DNA of 64,000 bases from positions 10,840,213 through 10,904,212 of the forward strand of contig OZ234493.1 of assembly GCA_965153455.1 (NCBI GenBank). The letters are read 5' to 3'. This stretch comes from Sphagnum compactum (lineage: Eukaryota). The notes beneath the pieces were generated by a model. It was given only the letters and a program-made list of their open reading frames with translations. It made no database searches and was not told the origin of the DNA. Shown here one piece after another: positions 39,283 to 50,989 of this stretch. The position numbers and the translations under genes were made by a program. Numbering within the stretch: position 1 is the stretch's first letter; the number at the start of each line of letters is the position of its first letter.

Positions 39283-40380
39283 CCATGACGCACATCTTTG
39301 ATGATGATACAGCAGCACCCAACAACAATTGCTCCCACAACAAGAACTCCCAGCTACAATGGTTCAGAAACTAAACTCAAGATTAGAAAAGTGCATTCTG
39401 TTTCTTGCTGATTTGTGCTGCAAACCACAAACAAGAAGCCAATTCACGTAGGTAGGATTTCACAATTTTGTAGAACAGTTCAAACAACATCATGTACTTC
39501 ATTGCATGTATGTATCATTTTTATCAACTGGATTCAACCAGTTTTGTTCTCTTCTTCAAGGAGTCAGTCTGATTTAGCCTTTGAATGTGAATTTTCTCTG
39601 CTGTCACATGGGGATGAAATCGGGTTGCTTGAAACAACAACAGCAGCTGATAAAGATTTCCAAGACAAGATATTCACTCAGATGGATTTTAAAGCGACTT
39701 CTTGCTCATGAATTCCCTTCCAAAGAGAGGAGAGGAGAAACACACCCCACTCCTCTCATCTTTTTGTATCTTTCTTCTTTGACATTTAGTATTTCCAATG
39801 ACATTGATTCTTCAGGATGAGTTCCAAATTCCACAGGAAACGACACAGAGAGGAAAAAAAAACCAGAAGAAGCATGTGAGAGAAGGATCATGTGTGATTC
39901 CAATGACAAAATCTTCATGAACAATTCAATTCCACAAGAAGAAACAGAAAGAGAAACAAAAGAGCTTGAGAAGAACCATGTGCAATTCCAATGCCAATCT
40001 TCATAAGCATGCAATTCCCACAAGAAGAAAGATTTTCTATGGAAGGAGAAGCAGTCAGCCCAGCTACAGTGAACCAGAGATGTGGTCAAACAAAGAGGAG
40101 TGAAATGGAGGCTTGATGGATCGTTTGTTTCTTGCTGGTGCCACTGCTGCTTCTCTTCTCTCTTCTGCTTGAGAGAAGGGAGTGTTTGCTGGGTTGTGTT
40201 TCCCTTCTGGGTTGTCGCAGCAGCAGAGAGAAAATTTTGCTCAGCAAAACTGCATGTCATCCAAAGATGATTGTGGAAACCCAGGAAGGAGGAGGACGTA
40301 CAAGAAGATGATTGTAACAAGGATTTGCAACAGGAAGATATGATTGTCACAAGGATTTGTGTAACAAGGGCTTGCAATCT

Positions 40381-40670
40381 AAACCCTAAACCCTGAAAGA
40401 AGACAGACAAGCAATCAGTCATCATCATCAGATCTCTTTCCTCATAAAAAGAGCTTCTTCTTTTTCATTTTCCTTGGGACTCCAGTAATGGGTTTGCTGT
40501 TAGACGATTGAGAACTGAGTCTTCTTGTGAAATTGAGGAGGAATTTGTCGATCAGAAAGCAAGAGTGAAACCCTAAACCCTGAAAGAAGAGAGAGAAGCA
40601 GTCAGTCATCATCATCAGAGCTTTTCCTGAGGAATCCAGTGATGGGTTTGCTGTTGAGTGATTTGAGAAC
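40381..40670. repeat. Local diverged duplication (~100-130 bp), each copy starting with telo-box AAACCCTAAACCCT, upstream of the GT31 gene
   Basis: 40381-40515 versus 40568-40670 share AAACCCTAAACCCTGAAAGAAGA...CAGTCATCATCATCAGA...CCAGTRATGGGTTTGCTGTT...TTGAGAAC. Confidence 0.8.
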
Positions 40671-40818
40671 AGAGGATTCATGATCCATGATCGAGCATGA
40701 CCCAAGGAAAAAGGAGCTTGCAATCTGTAGAGAGGTGCAAGCAATCTGCCATATCTGGTGAAGAAGTAGAGTTGTTGTGGACTACGTGATCCGCAAGACA
40801 TTCAGGGGGTTTGTTGCA

Positions 40819-43800
40819 ATGCCATTTGCCGCGATCTCCAACCGAAAGGTCACGCCACCCTTGTTGCCCAGCAGCAGCAGCAGCAGCAGCAACACTGTAG
40901 TGTGGGATGACGACAAGCTCTTCTTAGCATCTAGAGGTGGCCATCGCTCCGGACCATGGACGACAGCACGCAACAACAGCAGCAAGCTAATCCTAATTGC
41001 AGGATGCAGCAGCGTCGTCCTTCTCCTGCTCTTGATCATCTTCGGAATTCATCTCGTAGAGGAGCGCAATCTGTCGCGTCTCTGTGAGAGGCAGGTGAAG
41101 GATACATGGCGAGAAGCTTACCCTAAAGTGAAGGAGGAGGAGGAAGAGGACGACGATGAGTCTGCTACTGTTGTTGCTGCTGTTGAAACCGATGAGCTTC
41201 TTGCTGCTGCTGCTGGGCTTAGTACAGAACAAGGCAGAAAACAGAACAGCGGCAGTAGGAGGAGGAAAAAACACAAGGTGTTGGGTGTTGTGGGGATTCA
41301 GACAGGCTTCGATTCTGGGCTTCGTCGGAAAGCTCTGCGAGAGACATGGTTTCCTTCAACGCCAGAAGGCATCCTCAGGTGCACCATCACCATCACCACC
41401 ACCCACCACCCACCATTGCCTTTTTTTCCCAATCCTTGAATCCTTGAACTTTGTAGCATGGAACTGCAGATTGCTGTGTTCATGAAGCTTCTTCGGCAAC
41501 AAGTAGAAGAACAAAAGTCTTTACAATGTTGCTTAGATTGAGGATCTTGTTTTTGTTGCAACGAACAAGAGCTTGAAGCTTTCAGAAAAAACTCATGCAA
41601 CTTTGAGCTTGGAGCTTTCAGAAAAATTCATGCATTTGAGTTTGGAGCTTTCAGAAAAAACTCATGAATTTGAGCTTGGACATTTCAGAAAAAACCACAT
41701 GCCATTCTTCTCAGCTCCTCCTCCTCCTCCTTCTTCTTCTGCTGCTGCTGCTGCTGAAATCCTGCATCAGGACTCTTACTACCTTGTTTCCCCAAGATTT
41801 CTGCTAAACGAAAGCACAATCTTACATGTGATACTGTGAAGATGAAGATCCCACAAGAGTACCCCTTCACAACAATCTAAGACTGTTGTGAAGGGTACTC
41901 CAACAGATTATAGATTTGAGCATTCTGCTTGTGGGCATGGAGCTTCTTTTATGCTCAATGGTTTCAATGAGAAACCATGAAACTCTTCTTCTCACCACAT
42001 GAACACAGTGTATTCTGCTGTGCATCAGTGTTGTCATCTTTGAGAATCGTAACTTTAACTTCTTCTTCTTCTTCCTGTTCACTGTTCTGATGTTTCTATC
42101 AGAAGGTGCAATGCAACAGCTTTGGTTTTGAACTCTTTTTCTGTGTTTACAATTTGTGCAGACTTGAGAGGGCAACAGGGCTTGCTTTCAGATTTGTCAT
42201 AGGGCATTCTGTTGATGTCTGGAAGATGCGGGCGCTTGAGGAGGAGATAACACAACACAATGACTTCATTCGTATTGACATTGATGAGAGCTACCAAAAC
42301 CTCAATCTCAAAACGTATGCAAACTTTTCAAGCTTTTTTGTTGTTATTGTAATTAGTGCATGGTGATTTTTCTTGATCAGTTTGCTACACAGATAGATAT
42401 GCCATACCCAGCGTCTATCATGCAATCCAAATTGCCACATCCAAGAAGCTTAGTCGGTGTCAAATTTTCTTGGTTTTGCTAGCAGCTGATGGCAGATTTA
42501 GTTTTGCAGTCAACATGCAGACCATCACAGCAGAAGATTCCTGAGATCTGATTGTTTTGGGTTTGTTGCAGATTAGCGTTTTTCAAAGCGGCATACATGC
42601 TCTTTGATGCTGATTTTTATGTTAAGGCAGATGATGACATTTACTTGCGCCCAGGTAAAAATTTGCTGAGTGTTTTTTCCTCATCCATTTTGACAAGGGG
42701 TCAGTTTGCAAAACATTTTCTCCACATGGAATTGGTGAAGGAGTGGAGAAGTCGCATTGCAAGTGCAAACCTCCACTGTTAGTTTTTCTACTATGAACAT
42801 AGGAGAGAGCGCATGTGACCAGTTTCTATACAAAGATGGTAGACAGCACTTGTGACCAGTTTCTATTACAAAGATAGGAGAGAGGTGCTTGTGACCCCTT
42901 TCTGTCACAAAGATAAGAGAGTGCGGTTGTGACCTTCTTGCTCCTTGTGATGTTTTGACCTTTGCATTTGAACTCACATCAGATGAGTGTGATCAGGTGG
43001 ATCTAAAATGTTTATGTTGGTACTGCTACTCTGGTTACGCTGTGGTTCATTGGCATATGCAAGAGGGACTGTCTAGTGCTTTCTCCATTTTGTGCTGGTG
43101 GGAATTAAGCTTTTGAGTCAATCTTCTGTGTTTCTTGTACAACAGATCGGCTTGCTACTTTGCTAGCCAAGGAGAGGCCAAGCCCTAGGACTTATTTGGG
43201 TTGCATGAAGAAAGGACCCGTGATTACAGATGCAAAATTCAAGTGGTATATCTCTTTTTAGTGCTTGCCGACATCATGTTCCTGTTGCTTCCAAAAATGC
43301 AAACAGAAATTTTATGATGATGCAGATTTCATGGAATGGTTTTCCTGGAACTTTTGGGTAGATTATCATATAGTTATCCACACCCCACTGTCAAGTGTTG
43401 ATGAAGCCAGTGGGTAGTTATGGCAGCTTGTCACTGCCATTTGGGATGAAAGTGATGGTCCAATTCTTTGTGAGTGACTCTTGTAAGGTTACAACTGCAC
43501 TCATCTTTCATGTTATCTTCAAATTGCTTTTGTGAAGATTTCTCCACAATTTCATAGATATGTTCAGAGAGACTACTAGGTATTGATTGAGGGGCTGCTT
43601 TGATCTGTTTATGTGTTGTTTGACTTGTAGAAAGACAAGTTGGTAATGCAGGTATGAGCCAAATGGGTACATGCTTGGGAGTGAATACTTCTTGCATGCA
43701 TACGGGCCAATCTATGCTCTATCTGCTGAAGTGGTGGCAAGTTTGTCAGCTGCCAGAAACAACAGGTAAAAATGCGTTGGAGTGAGTTTGCTTGATTGCA

Positions 43801-44506
43801 AAAGGATGAGTCCATGAATTCATATCCCAGCACGCGCACTACGTTTGTGACAGTGACTATCCTTTTCAATCTGTTGCGTTCATGTCTCTGTTTGTGTTGA
43901 AAGCAGTTTAATCCTTGATCAGGAATTTGGGCAAAATGGTGAGGAGCAGCAGCAGACAGTCATTTTTGGTATGTGGAGAGAGTCGTATGTGTTTTTTTTC
44001 TTGGTGGCATGTTCTGAAGATGTCAGATGGATTGTTGTTGTTTCCAGTTTACGAATGTTCATGAATGAGGATGTTACAATAGGCGTGTGGATGTTGGCAA
44101 TGGACGTAACACATGAAGACAATCGTGCACTCTGTGACCCCCAGTGTCATCCTAACTCAATTGCTGTTTGGGATGTCCCAAAATGCTCCGGTATTGCTTA
44201 CTATCATCATCCCTTGTGTATGCCACAGAAAAAGGCTGCTGATGTATGACTGTCAGAGAGATGAGGAGTTGTCAAAGCATAACTGCTCATAGAATAATTA
44301 TCCATGCCTTTTGCAGTTCTCCATTTGGTTCTCTTTCAGGTATTAGAAGAATTTGCGATTGAGGTGTTTGTTACCTGCTGTGATAACATTGTGTGAAATT
44401 GGGTGTGGGGAATTTGATAGGGCTTTGCCATCCCACAGAGCAGCTACCAATTCTACATCAGGATCCCCTGTGCTCAACAAGTCCCACATTGCCACAGGAG
44501 AATTGA
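40819..44506 (+). CDS. GT31 beta-1,3-galactosyltransferase (B3GALT12/13/14, CAGE-like clade), 412 aa, 7 exons
   Basis: Exons 40819-41378, 42162-42314, 42572-42654, 43146-43245, 43652-43765, 44048-44190, 44421-44506, all GT-AG and phase-consistent (1239 nt). Type-II TM segment and motifs [77 protein letters not shown]. Confidence 0.94.
41568..41700. repeat. Intronic minisatellite, ~33 bp x4 (TTGAGCTTGGAGCTTTCAGAAAAAACTCATG)
   Basis: Directly visible in GT31 intron 1. Confidence 0.8.
42800..42935. repeat. Intronic minisatellite, ~38 bp x3.5 (GAGAG..GC.TGTGACCAGTTTCTAT.ACAAAGAT)
   Basis: Directly visible in GT31 intron 3. Confidence 0.75.
43260..43562 (+). mobile_element. SINE-like dispersed element, copy 3 (full length), inside GT31 intron 4
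   Basis: Starts AGTGCTTGCCGACATCATGT (copy 1: AGTGCTAGCCAACATCACGT) and ends TTCATAGATATG. Confidence 0.75.
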
Positions 44507-45164
44507 TGACAAGTCTGGCTGGTTGGTCTCATGCTTGAGACTTCTCTAGAGCAATTTGGATCTTGTAGGTTTCATTTGTGATCATCATCATCAATGCAGT
44601 AAAGCCCAACACAGATGACAGACATGTGATTTGTATATTGATTTTGAGTTTGAGCTTCACTTCTGCAGAGTGTAATATAATAAATGATTGTTCATGAACT
44701 CTCCCTCCCCTCCCTGTCATCTATTTGCATGTGTGAGTAGTGTGTGTACTCGTGTCTATGAAATACCAGATCAGAAAAAACCCTCCAAAACCATAAAATC
44801 CCAAAACCTTTGACCATAACCACTTAAAACAAAGCCCCCAAGAACCTTGAACCCTGAATTCAAAATTCCTGAAACTTCCTATTGTGTTGTCAACACCATT
44901 AACATCCTATGAGATGAAGAGTTGTGGTAGTCAATAATCAGTCCGCAATGCAAAGCAAGGTCAGGTTCCAAAAAGGCTTTCATTGTTCTTAGGAAAATAG
45001 AAGCAAGGGTGACCAGATGTAGAAGGGCTTCTATTGTTTGAAGGAATTGGGAAGAAGGGCAGGGATTATTTTTTTCTCCAAATCAGTACAGATTGCCTAA
45101 ACCCAGATTGAACAGCTCCAAATCTTCTTCCAGAACACCTAAACAGATCTGAATTCCCAATTTC

Positions 45165-45415
45165 TGTATCTATGATTGCAGAGAGATCTCCACTACACTT
45201 TGAAAGGTAACACAACAACGAGTCAGTCATAACCATCATCTGAACAGCAGTGACGAGCTGCCATGACTACCCACTGACTTCATCAGCTCCTTTCATCAGC
45301 TCCCAACTATGGATGTAGATAAGTATATACTAATCTGCTCAAAATTTCAGAGCAAACTATTATATGAATCTGGATCCTAAGTTTCTGTCACATTCCAGGA
45401 GCAACCGGAAGACTA
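45165..45415 (-). mobile_element. SINE-like dispersed element, copy 4 (internal deletion and small duplication)
   Basis: GCAGTGACGAGCTGCCATGACTACCCACTGA is identical to copy 1, and both flanking halves also align. Confidence 0.8.
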
Positions 45416-46042
45416 GATTCCCACACATTGTGTTTGTCAATTCAGTCCTTGATTTGTTCAGGAGGCCTTTCACCAATAGGTAACCAGCATTTTAACATAT
45501 ATATTTAGCATTGGCACTACAATCAAACTCAGAAAACTCTAAACATTAAACATGAGAAGAAAGCTTCTATATTATTTTTTCTCATATTTAGAAAAATGAA
45601 AGTAAAAAAGCACTTGCAAGCACTGAAAGCTTCTCCTTGACAAGCAGGTTGAAACAATCAATGCTTGATCTCTGCCTCTCTGGTTTTTAAATAACTCCAC
45701 CATGACCATGGACATAAGAGAATTACACACCTCACAGTTCTGGACAACATAGTCCATTCCATGCCACCATGGTACCCACCTGGAGTTTCAACTAGCTCTT
45801 CAATTTGCAAGAGAAAGGTGAGCACTACTCACTGGCCCAGTGTGATGCAAGCAGAATGCTTCTTCTATTTCATTATATACCAGCCATAGCTCCCACTTGT
45901 GATCCTTAGCATTAACCATTCATGAGTATCACCGACAATCTCCAACTCTCAAGCTTAACCATGCAATGTTGGTGCACAGATCCCGAAAATCCATAACACT
46001 AATGATGAGTCCTCTCAAATGAAAGACAACCAGAAACTATGT

Positions 46043-46984
46043 CTAGCACAATTTGCAAGCTTTTCGGCATGCACCAGGCCACTCTGGTGTGCCCACCATG
46101 TAGGCAGGATTCTTTTTGCACTCACCGTAAGCTGCCCATTCCTCACACTTATCATCCTCATTCACACACTCACCACTCTTGGGTCTCTGTTTCTCAAACG
46201 ATCCAACATGGATCCACTTTGTGGCCGACCATTTCTCGCCTTCTACAACAGGACAACCAGTATGCAAGCTCATTGGATCTGGTTCGGCCGAAGGATGCAA
46301 ACTGAAGAAGAGCAAAGCATCACCCTTCTTGGGCTTCACACCTAACCCTCCTTTGCCACAATCAGACCATGAATCATCCTTGGGTCCTCCATCATGCTCT
46401 GCAGATGGGAAAACTGTCTCACCTCCCTTGACGACATCAGAGAGGTACATCAAGACGGTTGCTATTCTGTGACCCCCGAGAGCTTGATTGTTCTTGTCAT
46501 GGAAGTAGTCAAAATGTGGCTCATACTTCTGCCCGTACTGATACCTCAGGACTTGAATGGACTCCCCATTTTCCTTTGGCAGGAAAGTCCAGGCTGCAAT
46601 TCGATCCTCAATTTGTGAAACCACTTCATCCTGCCCTTTCATCAAAAACATTCCTGAACTTGTGCGGATATCACTTTTCACACTCTTGCCAGATTCATTG
46701 TCTGCAACCATTGACTCCTCCAGCTTGTCTTTTGCAAGCTGAATCATATGATTGCACTCAGAATCTGTCAGAAACCGCTTTGCCAAAAAGGCTCGTGGTT
46801 TCCACGAAAGCTGGATCACTGACGTTGGATCAAAATTACTTACCACTTGCTCTATCCTTCCTGAGTTTTGTACCTTCTTCGCAGGCTGCACTTCCCCCAA
46901 CCATCCTGGCAGATCATCCACATGTGCAGCTGTTCCTCCACCTTGCAGCAAACACAACAATAGCAAGACCACCAACATCCTCAT
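46043..46984 (-). CDS. P4H: Prolyl 4-hydroxylase with signal peptide and C-terminal ShKT-like Cys domain, 313 aa, intron-free CDS
   Basis: Single open frame containing QLSWKPRAF, RTSSGMFL, QVLRYQYGQKYEPHFDYF (HxD), RIATVLMYLSDV, GGETVFP, SLHTGCPV (distal His), EKWSATKW and CEEWAAYGECKKNP..CRKACKLC. Probable 5'-UTR intron 47504-47005. Confidence 0.95.
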   Translation of the reverse strand: MRMLVVLLLLCLLQGGGTAAHVDDLPGWLGEVQPAKKVQNSGRIEQVVSNFDPTSVIQLSWKPRAFLAKRFLTDSECNHMIQLAKDKLEESMVADNESGKSVKSDIRTSSGMFLMKGQDEVVSQIEDRIAAWTFLPKENGESIQVLRYQYGQKYEPHFDYFHDKNNQALGGHRIATVLMYLSDVVKGGETVFPSAEHDGGPKDDSWSDCGKGGLGVKPKKGDALLFFSLHPSAEPDPMSLHTGCPVVEGEKWSATKWIHVGSFEKQRPKSGECVNEDDKCEEWAAYGECKKNPAYMVGTPEWPGACRKACKLC

Positions 46985-49900
46985 AACTTCTTCTGCTGCT
47001 GCTGCTGCAACAAAACCCCCAAAGAAACAAACATTTTCAAGGGAAAAAAAAATCACAAATCAAAGAGGACAAGAATGCCCCCCCATCACGTCAAACAAAA
47101 ACAGTTATATAACTGCAGATTTCTTCACATTTCTTACCACATCTTTTGCAGCAGAAATTCTAAGGGACAAATCATTTCTATGCACAGAATATCACACAAA
47201 CCCTAAACTTCTCAATGCTTTTCCCTCTACCGTCTCGACATCCCTAGGCTCCCTCCCACACATTGGATGATTAGGTTGATGACCACTCCAGCTCCTTAGA
47301 GGTTTGCTATTTGTACAGAACACTACTCCAGCAGAAGTTGATCTCAAAAAACACCACACCGCCGAGGTGAGAGACCACGCGCCAAGGCGACATCAGAATC
47401 ACTCAGTCTCTTGAGAATGAAAGACTGTACGACACTTTGCTAGAGACATTTTCAGCCAAAATTTGCAAGAAAATTCTCTACAGAAAGAAGGCGAAGTGAC
47501 GTACCTTGAATGACCAAAATCTGCGCATGAAACAATGCACAATCGCTGCAAGATCGGTGAGTCTGTGAGGAGGAGGAGGAGGAGGAGCAGCAGCAGCAGC
47601 AGCAGCGAGAGCGCGTCGAGAGCAGAGGGACAACGAAGAAGAAGAAGCAGGGAGACTACGGTAGCCATAGTCTCAGGTTAACATAACCTGGGGTCAACTT
47701 AACCAGCTGATGATCGGTTGAAGGTTAACCTGACCCAAGAATGTGGTTGGAGCAGTAGTTACTAAACTTACCTAGAAGGTAGAAGGTAAACTTTGCAAGG
47801 AGTAAACTTTTTGTGAAATTTTGGGTTTTAACATAATTCAGGTGCGTAATGTAGATTTAAAATTTGACCCAAAATTTAAAAAATCCAAATTTGGATGCAC
47901 AATTTGGATTTAAAAACTCTCTTTTGGAAGTGGAAATCTTTTATATAATTTTTTTAAAAATGATGTTTGTCTATATGTACTATATGTACATTGTTTTTTT
48001 GCTCATTTTTTTAATTTTTTTTTGTTGGGTAATAGAGCATTACATCCTAGACCTTGGGCTCCACCCTTGCTTGGTTCACAAGGTGTAATGCCTTAATATT
48101 GAGGCATTACCCTAGACTTTCAAACCTAATTATTTCCTTCCTTCCTTCCTTCCTTCTTCCCTTATGCACTTAGATATGGAAAAGGCATATTAACATGTGC
48201 CTTTTCATGAACATGTTATTTAATATCAAACCTCTTCCAAGCCTAACTATGTCAATCCTTTCCTTCCCTTATCACACTTACATGGATATGAAAAGACAAT
48301 ATTAGTACGTGTTCTTTTTTCAGGTCTATGTTATCTATAATAACATGTTATTTGTAATTAACCTAAATTTAAATTAACGTCCTCTTTCAAGGCTATGTAC
48401 CTAACCTTTTTTCTTTTTTTGGCACTTTCATGGACATGAAATGAAATGGCACACATGACATGAAATTGGCACATTTTGAGATCTAACACAAAGAATGATG
48501 AACCATATGTGAACCTAAGATAAGAGGGAAAAACAAAGAGGGGGGGAGAGTTGAGAAAGGAGGGTGGATTTTTTTGGTTTCAAACATTTCATAAAGTTTA
48601 TGCATGTTTATGTGTCCCATATATAAACCTGAATTTTTTTTGGATCAATTTTTGAACAAAATTTTGGATTTTTTATTTTTTTATTTTTGGTTTTACAATT
48701 GTAAATTTGACTACTTTTTTTTTTGGGGAGCAATTTACCAAATTTTCAATATCACAAAATTGAATTTTTTAAAGTAATCTCTCCGCGGTGTCGAGATGAT
48801 GCATAAAATTCCTTGAGGTAATAATAATGGATGGGCCAATATTCAACAAAATTTGGTGTTTTTTTTTTTGGGGGGGGGGGGTCATCTTTACTTGTTTCCC
48901 TTGTCATCAATGCCATGTTGCAAATGAAGGGGGACTCCAGGTATGTTTGACAATTGTTGCCAAAAGGTTCACATGGGTATTATGGTAGTATTTTTTTTGT
49001 TGACTATACCATAGTACCTTGGCAGCTTCAATTAATTATATGATTTGTAGGCACATTGAAATTTTCACAAAATATTTAAATTATAAAATATTATAATAAA
49101 ATTTAAATTCCATGATTTGTAGGCACATTGAAATTTTCACAAAATACCCTTTTTCAAAAAAGTAAAATAAATAATGAATGAATTTTTTTTAAAAAAAATT
49201 TAGAATACTTGGAAATATTCCTTTTTTTTGACATGAAAGCTTCAAAATTAATCAATTGCTCAAACAGACGTGTTGCGTTTGTTTACATACATACAAGGGT
49301 TTGAAAGTAGTTTGAAATTTTTTTTTTTTTTTTGGGAGGGCTAGCACGATTGTAAAAATGTTGAAATTTTCAAAAATAGCTTTTCAAAGAAAATAATAAT
49401 AATTAAGAGGAAAATAGAGAATCTTTTGAAATATTTGAGAATATTCTATTTTTCCCGTGGGAATCTTTCAAAATCAATTAATTATTTGACTCACATAGGA
49501 AACAAGTGTTTCTTTGTTGAGTTTCTCCATGACAAAAATGGAACAACTAAGTTCATCCAAAGCAAAAGTCGTGACCTTGTACCCCGGAATTTTCAACATC
49601 TAATCACATCCATATCATATGAGCTAGTGGGTCAGGTGGGTGTGTGAGAAAAGGAAGGGCAAGACTTCAAAATCATTCATGCAAAAGATTGGAATCTCAT
49701 TGTACAACACCACAAGTATTGATTCTTGTGATGCAATTGCAAAATGCAAGTGAACACAAGAGAAAGATTGAACATGGTAAACAATGAGCTCAAAAAGGGC
49801 TCACATACATTAAAAGTTGTGGATTGAGAAGTGAACTTGAACTGTTTATATTATTGTGCTGAATGGGAGATTGTTTTCAAATCGTCAAACCTGCCATCAG

Positions 49901-50149
49901 TTCATCCAAATTAAGAATCTGAAATCATTATATGTTGGCAAGTTCTCCACATATGCAAAATAGTAAAAGAACCAGATGTGGCTGTTCTCTTATAATTTAA
50001 ATAAGCACCAAGCATTGATACATACGTTCTTCACATTGCCAACCTCATCAATTTCAATGGTTTGCAATTTCCAACCTCATTAGCATGGTTTTACTTTCTC
50101 CACTGTTCCAACATGATGTCAATAGTTGCATCTCAACAATTTCTTTACA

Positions 50150-50700
50150 TAGCAGGCAATATCATGTTGGTCCCCTAGCCATGTGGAAAACCATAGTCCA
50201 TTGAAAGGAGTATCTCGCTTATGTGGCAGCACACACCATTGTCCATTTGCTCAGGCGCTAATACATCATGCTCTGCTGCCTTCTGACATTTTTGTACCTC
50301 CCTAATACCTTCTTTGCACATTCCTTGTCGCTGGTTGGCCAAACATCATAACCTACCCTCTAGTGTGTCTGGTAACCAGCATGGTCAGCATTCCCATACA
50401 ATCAACTATGTCCAGTACATGGCTTGAGGGTCCTAGTGACCACAAATAGTCTTGGCGCCATTATAGAAGGCCACACACCTCTCACATTGTTCAAAAAGGA
50501 TTTTGCACACTGCCTGCAATTTTTGTCATAGCATAATTTCTCAGACTTGGAATGGTCAAGTCCTCATCACCTTCACACCGCACTCTGCAAGGCACTCCTC
50601 CCTGTGTCAGTAGCATCACCTCCAACTAGTTGCAGCCCATGGAAGAACACCACATCCATTAGCTTGAATTTTGGAGGTGGCCATAGATGAAACAGATTAC
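50150..50700 (-). pseudogene. Strongly decayed alpha/beta-hydrolase domain fragment of the kind found N-terminally in bryophyte hydrolase-NBS-LRR proteins
   Basis: LFHLWPPPKFKLMDVVFFHGLQL at ~50695-50627, with scattered downstream remnants (SFLNNVRG; YWT..EC.PCWLPDTL) in broken frames. Confidence 0.4.
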
Positions 50701-50989
50701 AATGAGAGAGTTACCAAAAGGGTTGCTCCTAATAACTCCAAGACTACATTTACTATAGATTTGGCAGACTGAGTGTTGACCATAGCAAGTACAATAGCAT
50801 GATGATGATTCCACTCCATATGGGCAAATTTTATCTCTTTAACTTTGCTAAACTGTGGGCAAGATACAATTGTGAAACCCTCACAAAGTATGACATGGCA
50901 CATGTGAATTGAAACTATGAGAAGACAATCTAAAACATCAACAATGCTGACAGTCAAAAAAAGTTGTAACATACCAACATTGCAGTCAT

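Noticed and set aside
39706..40801. 240-aa and 119-aa minus-strand ORFs sharing MMMTDC..FFQGLGF
   Set aside because: The shared peptide comes from the local telo-box duplication. Low-complexity UTR/promoter-like sequence with no recognisable domain.
47399..47668. Leu-rich ORF as a coding first exon of P4H
   Set aside because: Splicing at 47504 gives phase 2, while the CAG acceptors need phase 1. The Leu run is a CTG/CTC microsatellite and P4H has its own signal peptide.
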